From positions 27,032,001 through 27,096,000 of the forward strand of contig OX597828.1 of the NCBI GenBank assembly GCA_951406725.2: 64,000 bases of DNA, written 5' to 3'. Each line of letters opens with the position of its first letter. The stretch's first letter is position 1. Source of the DNA: Octopus vulgaris (taxonomy: Eukaryota). The notes beneath the pieces were generated by a model that made no database searches, had not been told where the DNA came from, and saw nothing but the letters and a program-made list of their open reading frames with translations. Shown piece after piece: positions 26,420 through 39,912 of this stretch. A program made the translations under genes and the position numbers.

Positions 26420-27026
26420 AGGTAGCAAGCTGGCTGAATCATTAGCATACCAGGCAAAATGCTTAGTGGCATTTCATCTATCTTTACATTCTGAGTTCAA
26501 ATTCTGCCAAGGTCAACTTTGCCTTTCACCCTTTTGTGTACATACACACACACACACATAAATATAAAAACATATATGAATACATATATAGGGTGTTTTT
26601 TTCTTTTTCTTTTGCTCATAATTTTGTTTTGTGAGTAGAATTATATAGACAGAAACTGTATGGAAGCCTGCCAGGTGGATTATACCAGCAATTAAAAGAG
26701 CCAGCTTTCCTGAAATAGTGTACTGTGCTCATTTTTGCCTCAGCTTTACACTAAACCTTCGAGTGTCTGTGGGATACGCAACCACTCAAATTTGTGGTAG
26801 TTCAGTTGTTTAGACAACTAAAATTAAAATGCCTAATATCAATATGTATATAATATATAGTTTTCATATATATATATATATAAGATTAATCAGCCGAAAT
26901 TGCGAGGATGATCCGGTTCTTGACTGAAGATTGAAGGCTTCGAATGTCCCGTCCGTGTTTTTTGTGTCGTGATCAAAATTTTTTGCCTTCTTGTCCCAGT
27001 TTGTATTTTTTATATATATATATATA

Positions 27027-27430
27027 GGCATAGGAGTGGGTGTGTGGTAAGTAGCTTGCTTACAAACCACATGGTTCCGGGTTCAGTCCCACTGCATGGC
27101 ACCTTGGGCAAGTGTCTTCTATTATAGTCTTGGGCCAACCAAAGCCTTGTGAGTAGATTTGGTAGACGGAAACTGAAAGAAGCCTGTCGTATATGTGTAT
27201 AATATATATATGTTTGTGTGTGTGTCTGTGTTTGTACCCCCCAACATCGCTTGACAACCGATTCTGGTGTGTTCATGTCCCCGTAACTTAGCGGTTCGGC
27301 AAAAGAGACCGATAGAGTAAGTACTAGGCTTACAAAGAATAAGTCCTGGGGTCGATTTGCTCGACTAAAGGCAGTGCTCCAGCATGGCCACGGTCAAATG
27401 ACTGAAACAAGTAAAAGAGTAAAAGAGTAA
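27027..27430 (+). mobile_element. SINE family A, full length
   Basis: Same head, body and tail as 8945-9374. Confidence 0.9.
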
Positions 27431-27844
27431 GAGAATATATATAATGTATGTATGTATCTATATGTATGTATGTATGTATACTCGTATGTATATGTTTGTG
27501 TGTATGTGTACAGATGTACTCTGGAACTGCCACTTCAGTATTTTGTGAGTGACCACTGCTAAAAATCACATGAGGGACTAATGATAACTCGAGCACATAC
27601 ATATGTATACACAGACACACACACACACACATCCATATGTACGTATATAGAAACACGCAATCACTATTATCTATATAGACTTCTCCCTCCCTTTCCGCCC
27701 TCTTTCTCTCTCCTTCTCTCCGAATACGCACATACAATGATGGGTTGACATATATACATTTATATACATTTATTATGCATTATTTATACTTTTACAGATT
27801 ATATACATATGTCTGTTTGCATGTGTATATATATATATATATAT

Positions 27845-27947
<103 letters not shown>

Positions 27948-28825
27948 CATACAACCACACACATTTATTTGGATATGTGTGTATGCATGTATATATGTGT
28001 GTGTGTGTGTGGATATGTACACACACACATATATAGATGTTTACATATTTCAGTGTGTATTTATTTGAATGTGTGTGCATGTATATAATATATGTGTGTG
28101 TATACACACACACACAAACACTCACACTCACGCATATATATATGTATGTGTGAATGTATGTTTGTGTAAATGTATATGTATATATCAGGACACTCACAGA
28201 CGTTTGTTTGTTCATGGACAGACACACTCCCCTACACACACACATACACTCACATGTATATATATATACACACACACACAACACACATATGTATACATGC
28301 TTTACTGCACATTTATGCAACTGTACACCCCATCTACCCATCCAAGCTTAACCATAGACCTTTCTTACAACAATGCATAAATCACTTTCGCACCACGTAT
28401 CAAAAGAAACTCCAGCCCCTCGACCCCGCAACCTATGCTGCCGCTGCCACCACCACACACCACCACCACCACCACAACCATTCTACCGCCCATCCTCCCA
28501 CCGCCACCTTCTACCACCACCACTACTACAAACAATGCTATCAGACACACAACCAGTTCACTCTGATTAGAACCGCCACTGCCACCACCCTAAATGTTGC
28601 CGCCACCACTACCACCACCGCCACCCTCACAGTCAGTGCTGCTCTCTTAACCATCAGCACCACCCCCACTACCATCACAAGACTACCACTACTACACTAC
28701 TAATGTTGTTATTGTTATGACTACTACTACTACTACTACTACTTACTACTTCTATTTTTACTACTGATGCAACTATCTCTGTTATGGTTCCTTCTGACAC
28801 CATCACCACCCTCACCACCATGATT

Positions 28826-28861
<36 letters not shown>

Positions 28862-30140
28862 GTCATCATCACCACTGACATCACTGACCATCAATGTTTG
28901 TCATCATTTTTTTGGTTGTTGTTGTTGTTGTTCTACTAGTATAACCAACAAGAAGACCCACTGAGCCTCTATCACCACCACCACTACCACCGCCACCATG
29001 TCTACTACAGTAACAGAACCATCACCACCACAACTACTACCTTGGCACAGCTGCCACCACTTGAATACTAATACACCCCTGCCCACATTACCCAGTCTGT
29101 AATTTTCATCATCTCTGACTCTGTCTGACTCTCTCTCTCTCTCTCTCCTATTCTACTTTCACTTTCCTCTCCTCTCTTTCATTCACTCCTCTCTCTCTCT
29201 CTCCCTTTCCATGTATACAGTATATTTGTGTGTGTGTGTATGTGTCTATGTATGTTTATATGTATATGCTTATATATGCATCTGTGTGTATGTGTGTGTA
29301 TATATATATATACACACACATGTGCGTGGCGTGCAGACACACCAATGTTTTTCTTTTTATTTCATTCATTCTGTGGTGCTCCTTCTCATACAACAATGTC
29401 AATAAGGGGTCATAATGAAATGCTTTCAATAACCTCCTTGATGTCAAGGTGTTGGTTGCTTGGTTGGTGAATTAGTTTCTCACTAGCCCTTGTAACACCT
29501 TGCCCAGCTGACTGGCACAGTGGGTGTGGCACCTTTTATATATATATATAACACACACATGTGCGTGGCGTGCAGATGTGGACAAGTGTATGTATGTATA
29601 TATATATTATATATATATATATATATATATGTAAAGATAAAGAGAGTAAAGAGTAAATATATGTACGTATGTACGTATGTATGTATATATATATATTTAT
29701 ATTATATATATATATATATTGTATGTTGTATGTATATATATGTACGTATGTATATATATATATATATATTGTATGTATGTATATATATATATATTTGTAT
29801 GTATGTATGTATATATATGTACGTATATATGTATGTATATATATATATTTGTATGTATGTATGTATATATATGTACGTATATATGTATGTATATATATAT
29901 ATGTGCGTATGTATATATATGTATATATATATATATATATATATAAATGTACGTATGTATGTATATATATGTACGTATGTATGTATATATATATATGTGT
30001 GTATGTATGTATATATATGTGCGTATGTATATATATGTATGTATGTATATTATCGATGTGTATATGTGTATGTATGCTATATATATATTGCCTATATATG
30101 TGTGTGTGTATGTAAATTACATATATAATACCTATGTGTT

Positions 30141-30180
<40 letters not shown>

Positions 30181-30181
<1 letters not shown>

Positions 30182-30559
30182 TTTTATTTGTTTCAGTCAT
30201 TTGACTGCAGTCATGCTGGAGCACTGCCTTTAGTTGAACAAATCAACCCCAGAACTTATTCTTTGTAAGCCTAGTACTTATTCTATCGGTCACTTTTGCT
30301 GAACTGCTAAGTTACAGGGATGTAAACACAGTAACATTGGTTGTCAAGTGATAGTGGGGAAGCAAACACAGACACACAAACATATACACACACACACACA
30401 CACACATATACGATGGGCTTCTTTCAGTTTCCATCTCACAAGGCTTCGGTCGGCCCGAGGCTATAGTAGAAGACACGTGCCCAAGGTGCCACGCAGTGGG
30501 ACTGAACCCGTAACCATCTGGTTGGTAAGCAAGCTACTTACCACACAGTCACTCCTGCA
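30181..30559 (-). mobile_element. SINE family A
   Basis: Reverse-complement match to family A with a small internal deletion. Confidence 0.85.
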
Positions 30560-30609
<50 letters not shown>

Positions 30610-31120
30610 GATATTATAGGTGCAGGTATGGCTGTGTGGTTAAGAAGCTTACTTCGCAACCCTTTAGTTTCAAGTTCAACCCCATTGCTTGTCACTTGGG
30701 ACAAATATCTCCTATATCTCCAGGCCAGACAATACCTTGTGAGTGGATTTGGTTGACAGAAACCAAAAGAAGTCCATTATATATACGATTGTGTGTGTGT
30801 GTGTGTGTTTTCCTTGATTTTGGCATTGAGTAAATTGTTGTAAATAAGCATCACTGTTGTATAGGTGGTGTCGTTTGCTTCTAGTCTTCCATGAAAACAT
30901 CCCTTGGGATATGGAAATATCAGTTTGCTTTGAAATTGGTGTAGCAATAAAAAGGGCATCTCGTTACAGAAAATCTTCTCAGCATCTCCCTTCCAAGTAT
31001 GGAAAAATGGATATTCATGATGTTATCAATTTTTGTAATCCTCACCATTATCAAGCTTGCCGTCATATTTTTGGATGAGTGTGTTATTACAACTGATAAT
31101 GGATAAGTGTACCTAGAGTT

Positions 31121-31392
31121 TTAACCCTTTCGTTGCTATATTTCTCTTAAAATACACCAACTTTGTTTCAATTAATTTTCAATTCGGTCTTCATTGAAGA
31201 ATTTAGCAAATTAACTTTGGAATTATTATGCTAGTGTTTGGAACATAATTCAAGAAGAAATTCTGATGGAAACCCTTTTAAAACAAGAAGTTTGTATCTT
31301 AGACCCTCAGGTGACCTTTTCCATTTGGTTGCTGACAACTTTTTTTTGTTTCGTTTTTGTAAATTTTATTTTTTTTCAAATGCATGGTGTTG
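31121..31392. mobile_element. Second TTAA-type MITE family (diverged)
   Basis: Starts ttaaccctttcg. The interior is colinear with about 51996-52210 (tttcaattaatttt, tgatggaa, ttaaaacaaga). Confidence 0.55.
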
Positions 31393-31799
31393 TCCCCTTG
31401 TGGACAGTGAATACAAGGGAAGTAATCATCTCATCATAATATTTGGTGGGATTAGATTTGAGAATTTGAATTAAGGAATTGTGAGGTAAAGGATGCATGG
31501 AATTCATCCTTGTATTTAGCTTATCTTTTTTTTTTCTCTTTGCTTCCTTATATCAAAGTTCTTCAGGTTGTTGTTACTAACTCCAGATCAGCTCTGATCA
31601 AAACAGACATAATAATCGTCATCATCATCATCATTTAATGTTTCCCATGCTGGCATGGGTTGGACGGTTTGACAGGAGCTGGTAAGGCCGAAGAGCTGCA
31701 CCAGGTTCCAGTTGTGTGTTTGAACATCGATTTTATGGTTGGATGCCCTTCCTAATACCAACCATTTTACAGAGTGCACAGAGTACTTTATACACGGGT

Positions 31800-32015
31800 C
31801 TAACACCGGTACTTTTTTATGTGGCACCAACACTAATGCCTTTTATGTGGCACCAACACTAAAGCTTTTTATGTGGCACCAACACTAATGCTTTTTATGT
31901 GGCACCAACACTGGTGCTTTTCATGTGGTACCAGCACTGGTGCTTTTTACATGATGCCAGCTCAGGTGCATTTTACGTAGTGCCAGCATTGGTACTTTTT
32001 ACGTGGCACCAGCAC
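31800..32015. repeat. Minisatellite of about 25 bp (ttttatgtggcaccaacactaatgc) inside a family C element
   Basis: About 8 degenerate tandem copies. Confidence 0.85.
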
Positions 32016-32653
32016 CGCATGTAACCAGCTCTCAGACCTATGATCAAAATGTTCCAACTGTGACTGTCCTGTCTGTTCTTTTGGCACATTTTCCAATATA
32101 TCCTTCGTTTTTGTTTTTTAAATGTTTTTTGACTGATAACAGAGAGTGATTTTAAGGAGACTTGTGTACTATTTCTAGCAGATTGACTAACTACAATGAG
32201 GCTTCCCATCTGTATGTGTATATGCAGCAGCTTGGAATAGAATTCATAGATATTATTAAATTATATTTTCTGCAGGTTTTCATTGCTTTTTCTTCTTCGC
32301 TGCACAACACAAACAGACTCTACAAGTTCCACAAAAGTAAATCTTTGGGAATCAAGGTTCTGTCTGAACCAATTAAAAGGAAGCAAACTGATCCTAAAGA
32401 GCTTTTCTATTGGTGCCATCATTGACACTGCCACAACCACTGCCACCACCACCATCCTCCTACCTACCTCTTCACTGCCATCACTAATATTGTAATCACC
32501 GTTGTCATAATTTCCTTCACCATGACCATCACAACATTGTACAGCTGCGATCACCACCACCATCATCATCATCATCACCACCATCTCCTCGTTGTCTTCC
32601 TCATTACCATAGCATCATCATCATTAGCTTTCATAAACACCATAGTCAGCATT

Positions 32654-32693
<40 letters not shown>

Positions 32694-33589
32694 GTTAGAA
32701 GTGCTATAACCATAATACCAATTAATTAGTGACTTTATTCCAGTGGCCACCTTGTCTTCCCCCTGCCACCCCACCCACCTTATTGAATTTCATTTTTTTT
32801 TCTTGCGTCCCTTATTTTGCGAGTTTGTGTACATGTATGAGTGTATGTGTATATATGATTGTGTTTGTATGATGTATCCCTTATAGTATGAGAAAAGAAG
32901 TTCTGAGGTTGTCCCAATTTTTCTTGCCAAACATGATCCCCCATCTCTCTCTCTCTCTCGCTCATCCTCACCCTTTCTCTTCTCACTCTCTCTTCCTGCC
33001 TCACATTTGCTCTCCTTCTGTCTCATATGCAGCCTCCCTTTCTTCTCTCACTCTTTCTCCCTTCACCTTCTCTTCAGGTCAGACCCCCCCTCTTACTCTT
33101 CTCTCTTTCTCCCTCTCTGTCTTCCTTCTATTTATCACTCATTCACCATCCCTCCATCACCCTCTTCTTCCTCTCCTTTGCACCCCCTTCTGTTTTTTAT
33201 CTCTCCATCCTCCCTCTCACCTAATCATAGCTAAACCCATCTGTGTTTTATATGTCACAGCTGAATGGTTGTATAATTGCTGTTCTCAGGCTTTTACGGA
33301 TGAATGCAGATGCGGGTTTTACTGATTACTACTACTACTACTGCTGCTGCTACTGCTGCCATGAAATACCATCTTCAAAGTGTCACCATTTCACTCCTTT
33401 GTCCTCAATGTAATTGATACGGGTTACCTATCATTATCTTATACTGGTCGCTCCCCAACACCTGTTCAGTGGCCTGGACATAGATGTACGATGAAACTTC
33501 TTTATACTTCATAATAGACAGAAATAGCCAAGATTTCAATGGAAAGAGAATGCAACTGATTTTCTCTTTTCTTAAACGGCTCTTTACCC

Positions 33590-33966
33590 TCTTTTACTTG
33601 TTTCAGTCATTTGACTGTGGCCATGCTGGAGTACCACCTTTAGTCGAGCAAATCGACCCCAGGACTTATTCTTTGTAAGCCTAGTACTTATTCTAACGGT
33701 CTCTCTTACTGAGCCGCTAAGTTACGGAGTTACAGGGACATAAACACACCAGCATCGGTTGTGAAGCGATGTTGGGAGGACAAACACAGATACACAAATA
33801 TATACACACACATGCATACATATATACATATATCCGATGGGCTTCTTTCAGTTTCCGTCTACCAAATCCACTCGCATGGCTTTGGTTGGCTCGAGGCTAT
33901 AGTAGAAGACATTTGCCCTTGGTGCCACGCAGTGGGACTGAACCCGGAACCATGTGGTTTGTAAGC
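33590..33966 (-). mobile_element. SINE family A (5' end clipped)
   Basis: Reverse-complement match to family A. Confidence 0.85.
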
Positions 33967-34175
33967 TATATGTATTGTTATCTTTTATCCGTTACGTGTG
34001 ACTGCAGCCATGCTGGGGCACCACCTTGAAGGGTTTTGTCAAATGAAGAACCCCAGTTCCATTTTCTTTTTTTTTAAACCTGGTACTTATTCTTTTGATC
34101 TTTTTTGCCTAACCACTAATATAAAGGGACGTAAACAAACCAACAGTGTGTGTCAAGCAGTGTTGGGGATGGACG

Positions 34176-34217
<42 letters not shown>

Positions 34218-34575
34218 ACAGGCTTTTGTCCATCTACCAAATCCACTCACAAGGCTTTGGTCATTGTGGGGCTGCACTAGAAGACACTTGCCCAAGATGT
34301 CACACAGTGGGGCTGAACCCAGAACTACATGATTGGGAAGTAAACTTCTCACTGTGAAGCTACAGCTATATATTTTTTTTTTATATCGTTTATCTTATAC
34401 ATGTTTTCATCATTGGGTTGTGGCCATTCTGGAGCATGGAAAGTTTACTTGAACAACTTGCCTTACTGTTTACCTTTCAAAGTCTGTCAAACACTAAGTT
34501 ATGGGGATGGCCACAAACAAGTACCAGTTGTCAAGAGAGGGGCATGAACCAACACACACATGTATAGAAGGACAT

Positions 34576-34838
34576 GGGGGTAGAAAGGGCTCCTTAGCCG
34601 TAGTGAAGGCAATCTATCTAGGGAGATAACCTTACAATAAATCACTGGGTCCGTAGCTTAGAAATACTGGGTTTGACATCCAGCGGGAACAGCTTTGTTT
34701 CATGGAGGAGGAAAGATCTTCTTTAGTACTTGGTTGTACAATGCTTTCCAATGTGTGTAGTAGTGGCGCGCGCACACATTATTAGCCATTTGAAAAGACT
34801 ATGAAAGTCTCGACCACGGTCGAACAATGATGATGATG
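34576..34838 (+). mobile_element. Non-autonomous RTE derivative of about 263 bp with a 12-bp TSD
   Basis: TSD atagaaggacat lies at 34564-34575 and 34839-34850. The 3' end gtctcgaccacggtcgaacaa(tga)n is identical to the RTE end at 61623-61651. Confidence 0.9.
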
Positions 34839-35005
34839 ATAGAAGGACATATATATTTTTGTGTGTTAATCAGACTACCATTGATTTCATGCTGAGAGAG
34901 ATATCTGTCTCTGCATGAAACCAATGGTAGTCTAATAAACCCACAAATAAAGTATATATAAAGAGAAATGACAATGGAATAGATGTTCATCTTATGAACT
35001 TCATT

Positions 35006-35086
35006 AGCTCACAGTTGTTTCTACTTTCAGGTGCAGTGGACTCATAGTTGAGTGCCTGAATCACACTTTATAGCTTCATCAGAGCC
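35006..35086 (-). ncRNA. Degenerate type I hammerhead with a long stem II
   Basis: Reads GGCT CTGATGA ...ttcagg...cctgaa... GAAAC AACT GTG AGCT. Stem I is GGCT/AGCT and the triplet GTG is non-canonical. Confidence 0.5.
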
Positions 35087-35145
35087 TTGAATATGAAGTG
35101 CAATTTATTTGGGAATAGAATTACATTTGTGCCTATATAGGGATT

Positions 35146-35221
<76 letters not shown>

Positions 35222-35231
35222 ATATATATGT

Positions 35232-35419
35232 AGTTAATCCAAACATGAACAAAGAGAAAACACAACAACGCGAGGATGTGGAACAAGTATAATGTTATTG
35301 GACGCTCAGGAAAGGAAAGAAAGAAGGAGGATTTAATGCTTTGAGCAGAGCTCTTCATTAGAAATATAGAAAAAGGAAAAGTCCAAGGAAGGGAAGATGG
35401 GGAAAGAAAATTGTCAACG

Positions 35420-35421
<2 letters not shown>
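35232..35421 (-). mobile_element. Hammerhead-bearing PLE pLTR-like element in (TA)n, decayed
   Basis: Colinear with 37165-37385. The ribozyme remnant at 35331-35365 reads ATTT CTAATGA A GAGC tct GCTC AAAGC ATT AAAT. Confidence 0.75.
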
Positions 35422-35458
<37 letters not shown>

Positions 35459-37164
35459 CAAGAATAAGCAACAAGTATATCCAAGGTAATGTGGTACAAT
35501 TGTTTCATGCTACTCGGATATACTTGTTGCTTATTCTTGATTATAATCACCCCATGAATTTATATGGATAATACCACATAAAATTCTGGTGCCTTTGACT
35601 TAAGTACCATATTCATCTGAATCTAAATTTTGATGAACTTATATAATATATATGTGTGTGTGTGTGTGTGTGTATGTGAATTATTCATGCCATAAGAACT
35701 TAGAAACTTCAAGAGGCATGAACTAATTCATTTTTAACAAAGGAGTACAAAGTAGAGTAAGCTCTAAAATGATAGCATATAAATCTTTGTAGACATAACT
35801 AATGTTATCAAGTTAGCCATAGCTGTCAAGAATGGGTGGAAGCAGCATTTGAAAGATTCTTGTACAAGTCTTTGAGGCACCACTTCTGCAGTGGACACAA
35901 CTTAGGTTTTAGCTGAAATGGACTAGAGCAACATGGAATGAAGTGCTTTGCCCCAAAACACAATGCATCACCAAATCATGGAATCGAACTCTCAACCTTA
36001 CAGTTGTGAGTCCAATTGTTTCACCGCTAAGCCATGTACCTTCATTAGTAAGCTGTACCTGTGCTCAAAGACGGGTCAAGAAACTAAGCACACTTTTGTT
36101 CGGTGCATGGCCTCTGCTGTAATAGAAATGATATGGAAGCTGGTTACCATTAATAAACACAAATAACTATAAAGAATTACATGCATTTTCTGACAAAGAT
36201 TCTTCCAGTAACTTGGCATCAGAGATGTCTCAACAAGAGCAATTTATTTATTTTTTCTTTTATCTTTCCATTCCAGTTTTCTTTTTTCCTTTTTCTTCTT
36301 TTTTTTTTTTACTATTTTTTTTTTTTTATCTTTTGAGATACTAATGGATCAAGAATCTTTCTCTTACTGCTGCTCCTTACAACGGTGAACTTTTGGTGGA
36401 ATAGGCTGAATGGCATCGCCAAATATGCAGCCATGCACATTACTTTTGATCAGCATACAATTATAACATTTCCTATTTCTGCTGGTAGAATAAATAGATA
36501 AAACAAACAAAATGTTTGTGTATATATGTGTGTATGTATATATGAATGTACAGATGTATATATAAACAAGGTAGTTAGAACTACTTCTGCCTTGCATTTC
36601 CAAATTTGCTCTTAGGAAACCTACCATCCCAACCATTTTAGCTTCCTGAACTCACTTGTATTTCATACAATGCCTCATTATTTAATCCATGTAAAAATGA
36701 AGGGGAAAAAAAAAAAAAGAAACAAATTTAATCAGTCAACTGAAGATGACCCCCCCCTCCATCACCACCATCACCACAACTGCAACTATCACTCTCATAA
36801 CTACTACTCCTACTACTACTGTTTATTTATTTAGTTGTTTCTTTGTTTATTTGTTGACCTGGACTCCTACTTAAAATTTAGAAATAGCAACAATGGCTAT
36901 TAGATTCCATAACAGTATACGGACTTTTAAATTATGGCAATGTAGATACATAGCTTACATGCACACATGCACACAGACACACACACACATCCTGCATATG
37001 CACATATATTCATAAATATATATGTATATATTTTCAAATTGAGATAGGGGTTGTAAATGCAACCCTCTATGGGATAACATATATCTAATATACTGCTATG
37101 CATCTATGCACATGTATATATGAATGAGTGTGTGTGTGTGTGTATATATATATACATGTGTGTA

Positions 37165-37385
37165 TAAAGTTAATCCAAACATGAAAACACAAAGAGAAAA
37201 CACAACAATGCGAGGACGTGGAACAAGTATAGTATTATTGGACGCTCAGGAAAGAAGGAAAGAAAGAGGGTTTAACGTTTCGAGCGGAGCTCTTTGTCAG
37301 AAATCTAGGAAAAGGAAAGATCCAAAGAAGGGAAGACGGAGGAAAAAAAATCGCCAACAGTACACACGCGGTCACATTTTGAATT
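37165..37385 (-). mobile_element. Hammerhead-bearing PLE pLTR-like element in a TA/TG tract
   Basis: The ribozyme at 37269-37305 reads GATTT CTGACAA A GAGC tcc GCTC GAAAC GTT AAACC, one G>A change from CTGACGA. Confidence 0.8.
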
Positions 37386-37706
37386 ACATGTGTGTATATG
37401 TACATATATGGAGGCTGTGTGGTATGGGGGTTAGGATGTTGCCCACAGAATTGCAAGATCGTGGTTTCACTTCCTGGATCAAGCAGTTTGTCATGTTGTT
37501 GAGCAATTACTCTGTGATCACTTCGACAATTGATGCGTGGCTCACTGTGCACCTGTTCAAGTAATGTCGATTTGATGGAGGGGTGACCTAATGAGAGTGA
37601 GCACAAATATTCGATCATTATAGACAAATCATCTGCGCCAGCTGTTTAACAAAAAATTGCAGAAACGCTCATCTCTCATCAAATGATGGGGGAGTCCTTG
37701 TTTGTA

Positions 37707-37928
37707 TAAAAAGGGGCTGCTGCAAAGTTCTTGGCTTTTGATGAAAGAAAATACAGGTGGATCAGTTAACTATGGTTTTATTCAACATATTCTCCTCTCA
37801 GATTCACACACTTATAGCGGTAGTCCTTTAGTTTTTCTAAGCCTTGTAGAAGAACTTTGAGGATTGGACCTCCAACTGAGCCTTTTGCAATACCTTTAAA
37901 GCCAGGAACTTTTCAGTACCCGTTCATA
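37707..37928. mobile_element. Mariner-type MITE
   Basis: Imperfect TIRs ggggctgctgcaaagttcttggcttt / aaagccaggaacttttcagtaccc, flanked by TA. Confidence 0.75.
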
Positions 37929-37949
37929 TATATATATATATATATATAT

Positions 37950-38072
37950 GTCCATGCACGACAGAGTGTAAGCGCCCTGAGAGAAATGTTGGGCATTAGA
38001 AGCATCAGATGCAGTGTGCAGGAGAGATGATTGCATTGGTATGGTCATGTACTATGGATGGATGAGGAGAGA

Positions 38073-38075
<3 letters not shown>
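37950..38075 (+). mobile_element. RTE-clade LINE fragment
   Basis: Translates to SALREMLGIRSIRCSVQER*LHWYGHVLWMDEERC, matching the RLxWxGHVxRM motif. Confidence 0.75.
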
Positions 38076-38116
<41 letters not shown>

Positions 38117-38479
38117 ACAAAAAAAAAGGGTGTCTGAGAGACACCACCATGCTGAAATAGCAGTCAAATCCCTGACTCTAAAAACCACGTTGAACCTGGA
38201 TTTCTAGCTTTGCTTTAAATAAGATTTGCCGTCATCGATTGAATATATCAAAGCACATAAATACAAATATATATATGCAGAACAAACGTTATACTTACAT
38301 ATACGAATGTCCATACATACATCTATATGCACGTATGTACAAGGCCAGTTAAACTGCCTGCCAAACACCTCATATGCACGATACAGTCAAAATAAACACT
38401 GCAGTGAATATAGTGACGAATTATATAAATTTATAAATAAGGATAATATCGATATTTAAATATCGATATTATCCTTATT

Positions 38480-38560
<81 letters not shown>

Positions 38561-39912
38561 CCTTTGCTCAATGATCCCCTCAATTCATAATATGATCTAG
38601 ATATGTATTTCTATCTTGTCATGAATATTAAAATACACACGCACACACAAGCACACTCTCTCACACACACACACACATTCATGTATGTACACAAAACTGT
38701 TGTATAGCATTTACATTCCACCCACTGTGTTTGTTCTTAATCAACTTGCTGGCAGAATCATTTGTCTTTTATCTCAAAATCCACTGGGGTCAAGTTTGCT
38801 TTCCATCCCTTTGGGATCAATAAAATAAAGTACCGGTCAAGTCCTGGGGTCAGCATAATTGAGTTGTCCCCAAATTGCTGGCCTTGAATCCTGCTACTGA
38901 CCAATGCCCCATTCAGAAGGAATGTTGTGATCTTGGTCACCTATTCTCTATGGACACTCAGTGATCAGCCTTATGAATCGTAGGGGTCAAGAAAAAGAGA
39001 AAAACAAAACAAAATCACTGATATCACATGAGTGTAACAATCTTTTATTCTCTTGTTGTGTTTTGGCCATGCTGGAGCACAACTGTGGTCATTACTGTCA
39101 CATCTGTTACATTCCTCTGTGTTTTCAAACAAATATTTTTAACCAATTCTTTCTCAGTTGAATCTCTCTTTCTTCACCATCCTTCCATCTGTCCAGCTTT
39201 CCACTCCTTCCTCGCCTCCTACCCCTCACGTTTATATTTTAGGAAAACCAAGAGTTGGGTTATCCGACTGTGAAAATAATTGGTCCAGCAGCATACAAAT
39301 ATGCCAAATTAGCAAAAATCAGGGAGAGAATCAGAAAAAAAAAAACAAAAAAAAAACATTCCCCTTATTCTAACCTGGAAATCTGGATGAAAAGCTGTTC
39401 TGTGGAGGTGGAGAGTGGAACAAACCAAAAGACAAAAAAAAAAAAAAAAAAGGAAGCTATTAGTGATGATAATAAATGATGATGATGATGATGATGATGG
39501 TTGTGGTGGTGATTTCTTTTATTGGCTCTGAGATTCCAATACATTAGGGATTGTTACAAAGGTGAAACACAAAATGAAATCAACAAACAAGAAAGAGTTT
39601 GGAAGGTGGGGGGGGAGGGGGATTTCCATCAAGTAAAAGAGTGAGATTTAGAAAACAATATACCTTAATAAATAAATAAATAATAATTTAAAACAACAAC
39701 AACAACAACAACAACAACAGCAGCAGCAGCAATAGGATGCTTGTTGTTTTATTTTATGGCTGGAGTCATCACAGAGAAAGCATGAATATGAGATATGTTA
39801 ATATCATAGGTGGTAGGCATGGTCGTGTGGTCAAGAAGCTTGTTCTGTAGCCAAATGATTACAGGTTCAGTCCCACTTCACAGTACCTCTATGTGTGTGT
39901 GTGTGTGTGTAT

